Source of the DNA: Candidatus Eiseniibacteriota bacterium
GTDB lineage: Bacteria; Eisenbacteria; RBG-16-71-46; CAIMUX01; VGJL01
Direction of reading: 5' to 3'
Assembly (NCBI GenBank): GCA_041946735.1
Contig: JBHGAY010000005.1
Location: 32,001 to 96,000 of the forward strand
Length of the DNA: 64,000 nt
Shown: piece by piece, positions 27,620-39,957 of the stretch
Position numbering within the stretch: the stretch's first letter is position 1
How the letters are laid out: each line of letters starts with the position of its first letter
The notes under the pieces: model-generated
The model's database searches: none
What the model was told of the DNA's origin: nothing
The model's input: only the letters and a program-made list of their open reading frames with translations
Made by a program: the position numbers and the translations under genes

Positions 27620-28217
27620 GCACGTCCATGCGCGTGTCCCCCTCCGGCAGGAGACGGGTGATGCGGAGCGTATAGGTCCCGGCAGGCAGACAGCAGACTC
27701 CGGACGACTGGACCCAGTCGTAGTTCGCGCTGCTTCAGCTGATGCCCGACCCTTCGACCGTTTGCAGGCTGTCCGCCTCCACCACCTCGTCCTGCTCCTC
27801 CAGCACCCATTCGACGAGGTACCCGCGCGTCTTGTCCCATTCCCCCGCGCTCTTCAAGGAATCGACGAAGCAGATCCCATCGGGGAAGAACAAGCTCCAG
27901 ATCTCCAGCCACTCTCCTTCGCCGTCCATTCCGTCGAGGGCATATCCCTCGGTCGCGCCGCTGCACGAGTGGCGGCTGAACGGCTCGCCGCTGCGGTTGC
28001 CGTAGGTGCCGTGAGCAGGGTCGAGGCAGTCGTCCAACTCGATCAAGACGTCTTCGGCGCTCGCCGTGAGGGGCAGCGAGAGACCGAGAAGCACGAGACC
28101 CGAGAGCACGAGACCCGAGAGCATGAGACCGGGGAGCATGAGACCGGGGAGCACGAACCTCGGAAACGCGAGACCCCGAAGGAGACGGATCCTTCGGGAT
28201 ACGAGAGGACGCATCAT
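27549..28217 (-). CDS. Putative secreted selenoprotein (UGA read-through at 27737-27735), CBM-like beta-sandwich with C-terminal SWG motif
   Basis: RBS GGAGGTG; signal peptide; ...EGSGIS-UGA-SSANYDWVQSSGVCCLPAGTYTLRI...VPVAETSWGRVRSLFR-TAG; SECIS-like hairpin at 27704-27721. Confidence 0.72.
27704..27721 (-). promoter_or_regulatory. Bacterial SECIS-like hairpin
   Basis: Minus strand ACGACTG-GGTC-CAGTCGT; loop starts 21 nt after UGA; GGUC loop resembles the E. coli fdhF SECIS apical loop. Confidence 0.65.
28080..28154. repeat. 15-bp tandem repeat x5 within signal-peptide coding region
   Basis: GAGACC(C/G)(G/A)(A/G)(G/A)AGCA(C/T) units; encodes (V/M)L(P/S/L)GL x5 on the minus strand. Confidence 0.85.
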
Positions 28218-28348
28218 GACCTCACCTCCATGCCGCGTGGAAGAAGCGCGAGGGGAATGGTAACGCTTCAGGCGCCCGTGGCGCCAACGCGTTTGACCGT
28301 CCCCGTGAGGATCATTAGACTCGGCGGGCACGGGAAGTAGAACGATGC

Positions 28349-29725
28349 ATGATGACGATGCCTGAGCCGGGCTCCAGGCGGCGAAGGCCGCCGGCGCCCA
28401 CGGACGCGAGCGGGCGCTACCCTGCGCCCCGCCTCGACGCGTGGGCGCTCGTGATCGTCTGCGCTGCGCTTCTGCTCCGGCTTCCGCTCCTGCCGCAGGC
28501 CGGCTACGCGCCTGACCTGGCGTACTGGAAGAGCTGGATGTCCTACGCGAGCGCCTATGGAATCCCGCACGTCTACGAGCTCGAGCTTCCGGGACAGACG
28601 TATCCCCCCGTGCTTCTCTACCTGCTCGGGGGGCTCGGCCATGTCTACACGCTGCTCGTCCCGTCCGGAGAGGATTCGCGGCTCCTCACCGCTTTCGTGA
28701 AGATCCCCGCGCTGCTTGCGGACCTGGCGGTCGTCGCGCTTCTCGCGCGTTTCGCGGCCGCGCGCGCGGCGATGCCCGGCCGGGGTGCACGGGACGATGC
28801 GGGGCTGGGGGTGTGTGGGGCCGCGGCGCTCGCCGCGTTCCATCCCGCGCTGATCTGGCTCTCTTCGTACTGGGGGCAGATCGACGCTTTGCTGGGTGGG
28901 CTGGTCGCGGGCGCGTGGCTGGCGCTCCTTGCGCGGCGCGCCGCGCTGGGCGGGATGCTCATCGCTCTCGCCGTCCTGACGAAACCGCAAGGCCTGATCG
29001 TCCTGCCGCCGGCGATCGCGCTCGCCGCGGCGACGACGGGGATGCGCGGGCTCGCGAGAAGCATCGCCGCGGGAGCGGCGACCACGGTGCTCGTCTCGGC
29101 GCCGTTCGTCCTCGCGGGGAGCGGCGGGAAGCTGGCCGGCCTCTATCTCGGCTCCACGGACGTCTATCCATGCTTGTCTCTGAACGCGTGGAATCCCTGG
29201 TGGATCGTGACGCTGCTGTCGGGCGGCGGCCGCGACGCCGGGCTCGTCGGCGATGCGCGCGGGCCGATCCCCGCGCGGCTGCTCGGAGTCGCCCTCTTCC
29301 TCGCTGCGACCGCCTGGACCTGCTGGAGGTGCGCGCGTCTCGGCCGCGACACGGCGGCGGACAGCGGGGAGAAGAGGATCGAGAGGGGCATGCTGCTGCT
29401 GACGTTGCAGTGGCTCTTCTTCTTCCTGCTCCCCACGCAGATCCACGAGCGCTACCTGGTCCCCGCCCTGGTCAGCTTCGCCTTTCCGGTCGTCCTGCGG
29501 CGCCGCTGGTTCGGCGCCTATGCGGCGCTGTCGCTCGCGGTCCTGCTCAATCTCCTGTTCGTCGTGCCGGGGAGCCCGGTCGTCCTGCGGATCGCGCGCG
29601 TCGCCGGCGGCGAGGGGGTCGTCGTGGCGGTGTTCCTCGTCGGGCTGGCCGCCTTCCTCATCATCGGCGAGGTTCGCGGCGGGCGCGAACGATCGCGAAG
29701 CGCGGCCGCCGGCGTGACGCGATGA
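28349..29725 (+). CDS. GT-C fold membrane glycosyltransferase (GT87/mannosyltransferase-like)
   Basis: 'YPPVLLYLL', 'KIPALLADL', 'YWGQID', 'KPQ', 'FFLLPTQIHERY'. Confidence 0.8.
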   Translation: MMTMPEPGSRRRRPPAPTDASGRYPAPRLDAWALVIVCAALLLRLPLLPQAGYAPDLAYWKSWMSYASAYGIPHVYELELPGQTYPPVLLYLLGGLGHVYTLLVPSGEDSRLLTAFVKIPALLADLAVVALLARFAAARAAMPGRGARDDAGLGVCGAAALAAFHPALIWLSSYWGQIDALLGGLVAGAWLALLARRAALGGMLIALAVLTKPQGLIVLPPAIALAAATTGMRGLARSIAAGAATTVLVSAPFVLAGSGGKLAGLYLGSTDVYPCLSLNAWNPWWIVTLLSGGGRDAGLVGDARGPIPARLLGVALFLAATAWTCWRCARLGRDTAADSGEKRIERGMLLLTLQWLFFFLLPTQIHERYLVPALVSFAFPVVLRRRWFGAYAALSLAVLLNLLFVVPGSPVVLRIARVAGGEGVVVAVFLVGLAAFLIIGEVRGGRERSRSAAAGVTR

Positions 29726-31383
29726 CAGCCGCGGCCGCTGGAGGTCACCGCGAGGAGAGGTTCGTCGTTCTCGCCGTCCTGCTCCTCGCTCTCATGCTGC
29801 GGGTGCCGGCGCTCGATCGATTTCCTCCTGCGCTGCACCAGGACGAGGCGAGCAACGGTGTCGACGCCTGGTCGCTGTGGACGACCGGAGCGGACCGCGC
29901 CGGCAGGGTCTGGCCGGTCTTTCTCGAAGGATTCGGCGACGGGGACAACCGGACTTCCCTCTACGCGATCCTGGCGGTCCCGTTCGTCGCACTCCTCGGT
30001 CCCGGCGCCTGGGCGACGCGCCTCCCTGCCGCGCTCGCCGGCGCCTGGACGGTCCTCGCGGCGTACCTGCTGGCTCGCCGGCTTTGGGGGCGCACGGCGG
30101 GGATCACCGCGGCGGTCCTGTTGGCGGCCTGTCCGTGGCATCTATGGCTCTCGCGCTTCGGGCATGAGGCGAGCCTCACGCCGGCGTTTCTCGTCAGCGC
30201 GCTCCTGCTTGTGAGTGGCAGGGGAGGAGCGGGAGCGGAGGCCGCAGGAGAGGAGCGGCCGGTCTCCGCAACGCGATGGGGCCTTGCCGGCGTGGTGCTC
30301 GCCGCCGGGCTCTATTCCTATCCGTCGTACCGGCTCTTCCTGCCGCTCCTGCTCGCCGGATCGCTGCTTGCGTGGGCAGGCCCGCGCCCCGCCACGCGCG
30401 CCGCCCGGCTCGCGTTCCTGGGCGGGCTCGTCATGGCGGCGCTGCCGCTGGCCGTCGCGACGCTCCGCCATCCCGATAGGCTGCTCGCCCGCCCGGAGGC
30501 TGCCTCGGTCTTCGGCAACGTGGAGCCGCTCGGTTCGGCGCTGCTGCTGGCTGCCTGGCAGTACGTCCAGCACTTCGGCCCCTCCTTCCTCTTCCTGCGC
30601 GGCGATGCAAATCCGCTCCAGTCGCTGCCGGGCGGCTCGCTCCTCGCGATCGAGGCGATCACCCTGCCGATCGGGATCTGGGCGGCCGTGCGCCGATGGC
30701 GCGAGCCGTGGAGCCGCCTGCTGCTGCTCTGGCTGCTCCTCTGTCCTCTCGCATCCGCGTTGAGCCTCGGGGATCGTCCGGAGTACGTGCCGCACGCGCT
30801 TCGCGCCGCTGTGGGACTGCCGGTCTTCCAGCTTCTAGGCGGCCTCGGCGCCGCCGCGGCCGTCGCGCGCCTACGAGAGCGCAGCCGCAACGGGGCCAAA
30901 CCGGCAAGTGTCGCGATTGCGATCGGGACGGTTGCAGTTGCCGTCAATGCCGTGCTCGTCCTGGCGCTCGCGCTCGGTCCTTGGTCGCGCAGCGTCGCGC
31001 CGCTCTATCACTCTGCTTGGCCGCCCGCGATGCGCTTCCTGCGCGAGAACCGGGACCGCTTCGGCTCGGCCGTGCTGACAGCCGAGGGCAATCCCCAGGC
31101 GTACGTCTACGCGCTGCTCTACGGCGTGCTCACCCCGCGGGAGTATCGCGACGCGGAGAAAGAGGTCGAGTCGACGGTCACGTTCCATCTCGTCCACCGC
31201 GCCGGCCGGCTCTCGTTCCTGCACGGCCCGGCCGATCTCGAGGCGGCGAAGAGGCTCGCTGGCCAGACGATCTGGGTGGTCGTCGTGCCGGGCCAGCTTC
31301 GGTCGGGGCGGCTGCTTGCCTCGTTCCCGTATCCGGACGGGACTCCGGGGCTCGAGGTGCGCGAGATCGAACTGCGGAGGTAA
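29722..31383 (+). CDS. ArnT/PMT-like (GT39/GT83) membrane glycosyltransferase
   Basis: ATGA overlap with upstream gene; 'PPALHQDEA', 'ATRLPAALAG', 'PWHLWLSRFGHEA'. Confidence 0.8.
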   Translation: MTAAAAGGHREERFVVLAVLLLALMLRVPALDRFPPALHQDEASNGVDAWSLWTTGADRAGRVWPVFLEGFGDGDNRTSLYAILAVPFVALLGPGAWATRLPAALAGAWTVLAAYLLARRLWGRTAGITAAVLLAACPWHLWLSRFGHEASLTPAFLVSALLLVSGRGGAGAEAAGEERPVSATRWGLAGVVLAAGLYSYPSYRLFLPLLLAGSLLAWAGPRPATRAARLAFLGGLVMAALPLAVATLRHPDRLLARPEAASVFGNVEPLGSALLLAAWQYVQHFGPSFLFLRGDANPLQSLPGGSLLAIEAITLPIGIWAAVRRWREPWSRLLLLWLLLCPLASALSLGDRPEYVPHALRAAVGLPVFQLLGGLGAAAAVARLRERSRNGAKPASVAIAIGTVAVAVNAVLVLALALGPWSRSVAPLYHSAWPPAMRFLRENRDRFGSAVLTAEGNPQAYVYALLYGVLTPREYRDAEKEVESTVTFHLVHRAGRLSFLHGPADLEAAKRLAGQTIWVVVVPGQLRSGRLLASFPYPDGTPGLEVREIELRR

Positions 31384-31398
31384 TAAGTAGGCGAGAGC

Positions 31399-31475
31399 CC
31401 TGCCTGCCTGCCTGCCTGCCTGTCACCTGCCAACCACCTGCCTACCGCCTGCCTGCCTGCCCACCTGCCTACCTA
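31399..31475. repeat. CCTG-based microsatellite between convergent genes
   Basis: (CCTG)6 followed by degenerate CCTG/CCTA units. Confidence 0.8.
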
Positions 31476-33503
31476 CCGGAGCATGCGGGCGGCGAGGCGG
31501 CGCGCGCGGTCGGCGTCGCGGGCCGCCCGCTCGCGGAGCGCCGAGGCGGCGGCGCGGTCCCCTTCGGCGATCCGCAACGCGGAGAGCGACTGTGCGGCGT
31601 TCGCCTCGATCGTGAGCCGCTGCGATTCGGGCGCGCCGCGCAGGGCCTCGCCCGCAAGCGCCTGCTCGCACGCGCGCGCCGCGCGTGCGCGAAGCTCCCT
31701 GCCGATCGGTTCCGGGGCGGCGAGCGCGAGGCGGACCATCTCGGTCACGCCGGTGGTCGTCGGGCGCATCGCGACGGACGAGGATGCCGCCTCGAACGCG
31801 TCGCGCCGCCCTCGCTCGTCGAGCGATCCTGCCGTCCGCTCCCGGAACGCGCGGCTCGCCTCGCGGATTGCCGGGTCCTTCCAGGCCGCGGCCGGAGCGG
31901 CGGCGAGGCGGGCGGCTGCGGGGCCGCGAGCGGCGAGGACCGCCTCGTCGTCCGCGTAGAAGCCGGACCATCCGGCGAGCTGCGGGACGAGGAGAGGCAG
32001 CGACCCTCCCCGGCGGTCGAGCAGGCAGACGTCGATGGCGTAGGTGTCGAGGAAGGCCTCGACGGCCTGCCGGTCGCCGGCGTCCGCGGCGAGGCGCGCG
32101 GCGTCGAGGTCGCGCGCGACGCTCGCGGGGTAGGCCGCCTGGGCCCGCCCGTCGATGTAGATGCGATAGCGCGGTCCGTCCCGCTCCAGCGGAGCGCGGA
32201 AGAGCAGGTAGCCGCCCCACGTCCAGTCGGTCAGAACGCGGCCGCTCACTCCCGTCGCCACGAGGAAGGCCGTCGCTTCCTCCGGCTGCTCGTCCACGCG
32301 GAGGAGGCGGGACGGCCAGGCGACCGAGCGCGGCCAGAGCGCGTTCCCGAGGACGAGGCGCTGGGCGAAGTCGATGCCTGTGCCGGCGAGCGCAAGGGCC
32401 GGCAGCGCGAGGACGGCGGCGGCCGGGATCCGCGGCGCGCGCCAACGGCGGCCGAGGAAGCCAAGGGTGGCCGGCAGCGCGGTCACCGCGAAGAGCGGCG
32501 CGAAGCGCCGGCTGGCGAGCGCGAGGAGTAGAGCCAGCAGCGCGACGCAGACGAGAGGGAGGAGGGAGGGTCGGCGCTCCGCGGATCGCGGCGACTCGCC
32601 GCGCCTGGCGGGAAGGAGCGCGCCGAGCGCGACCGCCGCGAGAAGACCGGCGAGAAGGATCCAGAATCCGAGAACTCCGGGTTCGTGCAGCGCTTGGGGA
32701 GCGAGCGGCGAACGCCATTCGATCACGTCACGCCAGTAGTGCGCCTCGGGTCCCACCGTGACGGCATACGGATGAGTCAGGTTCCGGATTCCGTACGGGC
32801 TGGCGATCGCCGCCACCATCCCGGCGAACGGAAGAGCGAGCGGAAGGAGGCCGGCGCGCGCCGGTCGCTTCTCGATGGCGTGGGCGAGGAGCGTCCCGCC
32901 CGCAGCGGCGGCCAGCGCCGCGATTCCGAAGAGGAAACCGCCGTGGAGGTTCGCCCAAAGGAGCAGGAGTGCGGGGGCGAAGAGAAGCTCCCGAGCCGTC
33001 CGCTGCTCCAGGCCGGCGATCCAGCGGCCGAGGATCGCCGCGAGGAGGATCGAGTGAGGATTCGCGCGGACATCGAGGGTGCTGCGGAGGACGGCTGCCG
33101 CGCCCAGCACTCCCGCCGCGGCGAGCAGATTCCCCGACCCCAGGCGGCGCGCCGTCGAGGCGAGGAGCGCGAGGACGGCGGTCGCCACGGCGATCTTCCA
33201 CAGGCCGAGGGCGGTCGTTCCGCCCGCCCCGTAAAGCAAGGCGAGCAGCGCGTGGCTGCCCCAGTTCTGATTCACCCAGGCGCCGGCGGGTGAAGTGAAG
33301 GAGAACGGGTCGATCGAGCCCACGCCGTGGGAGAGGATCCAGCGGCCGCAGCCGAGGGAGACCCAGAGATCCCCCGAGCTGATCGGATGCGAAGCGGCGG
33401 CCACGCCGGCGAGAAGCACCAAGATGGCGAGCGAAGCGGTCTGGACGCGCGCAGAGGCGAGCGCCTCGACCGTCCCGCCTCGGCCGCCGGCCACCGTTCC
33501 CAT
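31473..33503 (-). CDS. Polytopic membrane protein, GT-C-like
   Basis: 'DLWVSLGCGRWIL...DPFSFT...WVNQNW', 'LWANLHGGF', 'IEWRSP', 'WGGYL', 'IDGR'; start approximate. Confidence 0.7.
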   Translation of the reverse strand: MGTVAGGRGGTVEALASARVQTASLAILVLLAGVAAASHPISSGDLWVSLGCGRWILSHGVGSIDPFSFTSPAGAWVNQNWGSHALLALLYGAGGTTALGLWKIAVATAVLALLASTARRLGSGNLLAAAGVLGAAAVLRSTLDVRANPHSILLAAILGRWIAGLEQRTARELLFAPALLLLWANLHGGFLFGIAALAAAAGGTLLAHAIEKRPARAGLLPLALPFAGMVAAIASPYGIRNLTHPYAVTVGPEAHYWRDVIEWRSPLAPQALHEPGVLGFWILLAGLLAAVALGALLPARRGESPRSAERRPSLLPLVCVALLALLLALASRRFAPLFAVTALPATLGFLGRRWRAPRIPAAAVLALPALALAGTGIDFAQRLVLGNALWPRSVAWPSRLLRVDEQPEEATAFLVATGVSGRVLTDWTWGGYLLFRAPLERDGPRYRIYIDGRAQAAYPASVARDLDAARLAADAGDRQAVEAFLDTYAIDVCLLDRRGGSLPLLVPQLAGWSGFYADDEAVLAARGPAAARLAAAPAAAWKDPAIREASRAFRERTAGSLDERGRRDAFEAASSSVAMRPTTTGVTEMVRLALAAPEPIGRELRARAARACEQALAGEALRGAPESQRLTIEANAAQSLSALRIAEGDRAAASALRERAARDADRARRLAARMLR

Positions 33504-33724
33504 GGGCAGGAGGGGACCCGATCCGCGGGGGGACGTCAAGCGATAGCCAGGGAGGAGCGGCGGGACCGTGGGCCGAACGGCGGCTACGGGCTGAGGCGGC
33601 GCCGCGGCAGGGGCGGGTGCGAGCCGGAGCATGTGCCGGCTCTTGGGAACGAGCCGGAAGTGAGGACCCCCGAATCCGGCCGGTTCGCCTTGACGAGTCG
33701 CGGCCGGGTCCCGACCCTGGAGCG

Positions 33725-34711
33725 ATGGGAATCGAAACGGTCGGCAGCCCCGCCCTCTGGACGGGCTTTCTCGCCCTGGTGCTCCTGCTCCTCGCCGTCG
33801 ATCTCGGCATCTTCCATCGCAAAGCGCACGCGGTCTCGGTCAAGGAGGCCGCGATCTGGAGCGCCGTCTGGGTCGGCCTCGCCGTTCTCGCGAACCTGGC
33901 GATCGCGCTCCGGTTCGGACCCGACAAGGGGCTCGAGTTCGCCACCGGCTACCTGATCGAGAAGGCTCTCGCCGTCGACAACATCTTCGTCTTCGTCGTG
34001 ATCTTCTCCTCCTTCGGAATCCCCGCGCTCTATCAGCACCGAATCCTCTTCTGGGGGATCCTCGGGGCGCTCGTGCTTCGCGCCGCGTTCATTCTGGCCG
34101 GTGGCTACTTCCTCCACCGCTTCCACTGGATGATCTATCTCTTCGGCGGGCTGCTGCTCGCGACCGGCATCCGCCTCTTCCTCCAGAGGAAGGAGGAGCC
34201 GCATCCGGAGAATCACGTCGCCGTCCGCGCCTTTCGGCGGCTGATGCCGGTGACCTCCGGGACAGAAGGAGGACGGTTTACCGTCGTGCGCGACGGGAAG
34301 CGATGGGCGACCCCGCTCCTTCTCGCGCTCGTGGCGGTCGAGGTGAGCGACCTCATTTTCGCGATCGATTCGATTCCGGCGATCTTCGCCGTGACCAAAG
34401 ATCCGTTCCTCGTCTTCACCTCCAATATCTTCGCGATCCTGGGGCTCCGCTCGCTCTACTTCCTGCTCGCCGGGATCATCGACCGCTTCCACTACCTGAA
34501 GCCGGCGCTGTCCTTCGTCCTCGTTTTCGTCGGCGCGAAGATGCTGCTGACCGGGATCGTGAAGATCCCGATCGGCCTCTCCCTCGCGGTGATCGGCGCC
34601 ACCATCGGCGGCGCGATCGCCCTCTCGCTGGCGCGCGGCCCGCGTGCGTCAGGGGAGCAGGCGAGCGGCCGAGGAGCCCGCTCTCCCGGATCGCCGCACA
34701 TCGAAGGATGA
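33725..34711 (+). CDS. TerC/Alx family membrane protein
   Basis: 'GYLIEKALAVDNIFVF', 'DLIFAIDSIPAI', 'TSNIFAILGLRSLYF'. Confidence 0.93.
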   Translation: MGIETVGSPALWTGFLALVLLLLAVDLGIFHRKAHAVSVKEAAIWSAVWVGLAVLANLAIALRFGPDKGLEFATGYLIEKALAVDNIFVFVVIFSSFGIPALYQHRILFWGILGALVLRAAFILAGGYFLHRFHWMIYLFGGLLLATGIRLFLQRKEEPHPENHVAVRAFRRLMPVTSGTEGGRFTVVRDGKRWATPLLLALVAVEVSDLIFAIDSIPAIFAVTKDPFLVFTSNIFAILGLRSLYFLLAGIIDRFHYLKPALSFVLVFVGAKMLLTGIVKIPIGLSLAVIGATIGGAIALSLARGPRASGEQASGRGARSPGSPHIEG

Positions 34712-34733
34712 AGCGAGCTTCGGGCCGCCCGGC

Positions 34734-34762
34734 TTGACCCGCGCCCGCCCTCCGCCTACTCT
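34734..34762 (+). promoter_or_regulatory. Sigma70 promoter upstream of the PFOR leader
   Basis: TTGACC-N17-TACTCT. Confidence 0.65.
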
Positions 34763-34768
34763 CCTGTT

Positions 34769-34923
34769 GGGTCGTGCCTACGCGGCGACGGCTCCCGGAC
34801 GAGGCGTCCGGAACGCGGCGCGGGAGGTCCCTGAGTCCGCAAGGGACGGCGCACCCCGGTCGCCGCGAGGAATGGGTTGGGTGGGAAGACGGGCGGTGGC
34901 GCTGGCACGGTCGCTTTCCGTGC
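34769..34923 (+). ncRNA. Candidate structured 5' leader RNA (unassigned family)
   Basis: Closing stem CGCGGCGAC(34781-89)/GTCGCCGCG(34859-67) encloses hairpins CCGGACG/CGTCCGG and GTCCCT/AGGGAC; further hairpin at 34905-34923. Confidence 0.35.
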
Positions 34924-35072
34924 TCGAATCGGTGAGTTCTCCACGGGGGCACGAACGCTCAGAACGTCCCCTGCGACAGAATCCCTCTATCCCCTTCCCC
35001 TCTCGTCGGCATTCCGATCCTGATCGGAGATCCCAGGTGGCCCTCGGGCTCGCCTGAAGGAGGCATCGAGAC

Positions 35073-38690
<3,618 letters not shown>

Positions 38691-38702
38691 GGGAGGACGA
38701 CG

Positions 38703-39692
38703 ATGGACCTTTCGACGAAGTACCTGGGGTTCGACCTCCCGCACCCGCTGATGCCGGGAGCCTCACCACTGGTCGATGACCTGGACACCGTGCGCCGGCT
38801 CGAGGACGCGGGGGCGGCGGCGATCGTCCTGCACTCGCTCTTCGAGGAGCAGCTCACGAGCGAACAGATGACGATGGCCCGGCTTCTCGCCTTCGAGCAC
38901 GTGACGGCGGAGGCGTCGACGTACCTGCCCGAGGCGCCGCACTGGAACCTCGGCCCGGACGAGTACCTCGATCAGGTTCGCAAGATCAAGGCGGCGGTCA
39001 AGGTCCCGGTGATCGGCTCGCTGAACGGCTCGACGCTGGGCGGCTGGCTGGACTATGCGAAGAAGATCGAGCAGGCGGGGGCGGACGCGCTCGAGCTGAA
39101 CGTCTACGCGCTGGCGACGGAGGCCGCGACGTCCGGCGAGATGGTGGAGAGCAAGACGATCGAGATGGTTCGCACGGTCCGCGCGAGCGTCCGGATCCCG
39201 ATCGCCGTCAAGCTCTCCCCGTTCTACTCCGCCCTGCCGCACTTCATCCACCGTCTGGAGGAGGCGGGAGCGAACGGCTTCGTCCTGTTCAATCGTTTCT
39301 ACCAGCCGGACATCGACGTCGAGGAGCTGGAAGTCGACCGGACGCTGCACCTCTCCGACCCCTCGGAGCTGCCCCTGCGGCTCCGGTGGCTGGCCGTCCT
39401 CTCCGGGCACGTGAAGGGATCGCTCGCGGCGAGCGGGGGCGTGCACTCCGCGATCGACGCGCTGAAGGCGGTGATGAGCGGGGCGCACGCCGTGCAGCTC
39501 GTCTCCGTTCTGCTCGCGCGCGGGCCGGGGCACCTGCAGACGGTGCGCGAGCAGCTCGCGCAATGGCTCGAGCAGCACGAGTACCAGTCGCTGCGCCAGG
39601 CGCAAGGGAGCATGAGCCTGATGCGGTGCCCGGATCCTGCTGGGTACGAGCGGGCGAACTACACGCAGATTCTCCAGAGCTGGAGGGCGTAG
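38703..39692 (+). CDS. Dihydroorotate dehydrogenase-like protein (PFOR-associated)
   Basis: 'SLFEEQ', 'ALELN', 'VKLSPF', 'LFNRFYQPDID', 'YERANY'. Confidence 0.92.
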   Translation: MDLSTKYLGFDLPHPLMPGASPLVDDLDTVRRLEDAGAAAIVLHSLFEEQLTSEQMTMARLLAFEHVTAEASTYLPEAPHWNLGPDEYLDQVRKIKAAVKVPVIGSLNGSTLGGWLDYAKKIEQAGADALELNVYALATEAATSGEMVESKTIEMVRTVRASVRIPIAVKLSPFYSALPHFIHRLEEAGANGFVLFNRFYQPDIDVEELEVDRTLHLSDPSELPLRLRWLAVLSGHVKGSLAASGGVHSAIDALKAVMSGAHAVQLVSVLLARGPGHLQTVREQLAQWLEQHEYQSLRQAQGSMSLMRCPDPAGYERANYTQILQSWRA

Positions 39693-39764
39693 CCGGACAG
39701 CCGAACGAAGCGTCCTCCGCGCATGCAGGGCCGGAAGGCGCTGCGGCCGGGATGGGAAGCCGAC

Positions 39765-39796
39765 AGGGACCGGGCGACCGGTCCCTTCGGTTTTTT
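39765..39796 (+). terminator. Intrinsic terminator after the PFOR operon
   Basis: AGGGACCGG-GCGA-CCGGTCCCT stem with GNRA loop, then TCGGTTTTTT. Confidence 0.65.
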
Positions 39797-39875
39797 GGGG
39801 GCCTCGAAGGAGCGCGCCCGGCGTCGGCAAGATCGGAAGCGTTGCGCCGGGCGCACTCGCGCGGCCATAGTGCGG

Positions 39876-39931
39876 GGACGGCCGGACAGCCGGACGGCCG
39901 GATGGCAGGATGGCAGGACCGCCGGGCGGCC
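39876..39931 (+). repeat. Degenerate 8-bp tandem repeat x7 upstream of rmuC
   Basis: GGACGGCC GGACAGCC GGACGGCC GGATGGCA GGATGGCA GGACCGCC GGGCGGCC. Confidence 0.65.
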
Positions 39932-39957
39932 GCCGCACGTCAGGGAGGATCGGTCGG

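Noticed and set aside
11289..27737. Genome-wide UGA reassignment (code 4/25) as the cause of read-through
   Set aside because: Many conserved genes end at TGA at their expected C-termini (sdhC, sdhB, top6A) with ATGA overlaps, and Trp is encoded by TGG.
28080..28154. Possible CRISPR array
   Set aside because: Contiguous 15-bp units without spacers, in frame within a signal peptide; no cas genes.
33510..33724. yybP-ykoY (Mn2+) riboswitch expected upstream of terC
   Set aside because: No recognisable consensus elements in the upstream sequence.
34769..34923. Assignment of the PFOR leader to ZTP, c-di-GMP-I, c-di-AMP or TPP riboswitch classes
   Set aside because: Only fragmentary resemblance; core conserved motifs not found, so it is left unassigned.
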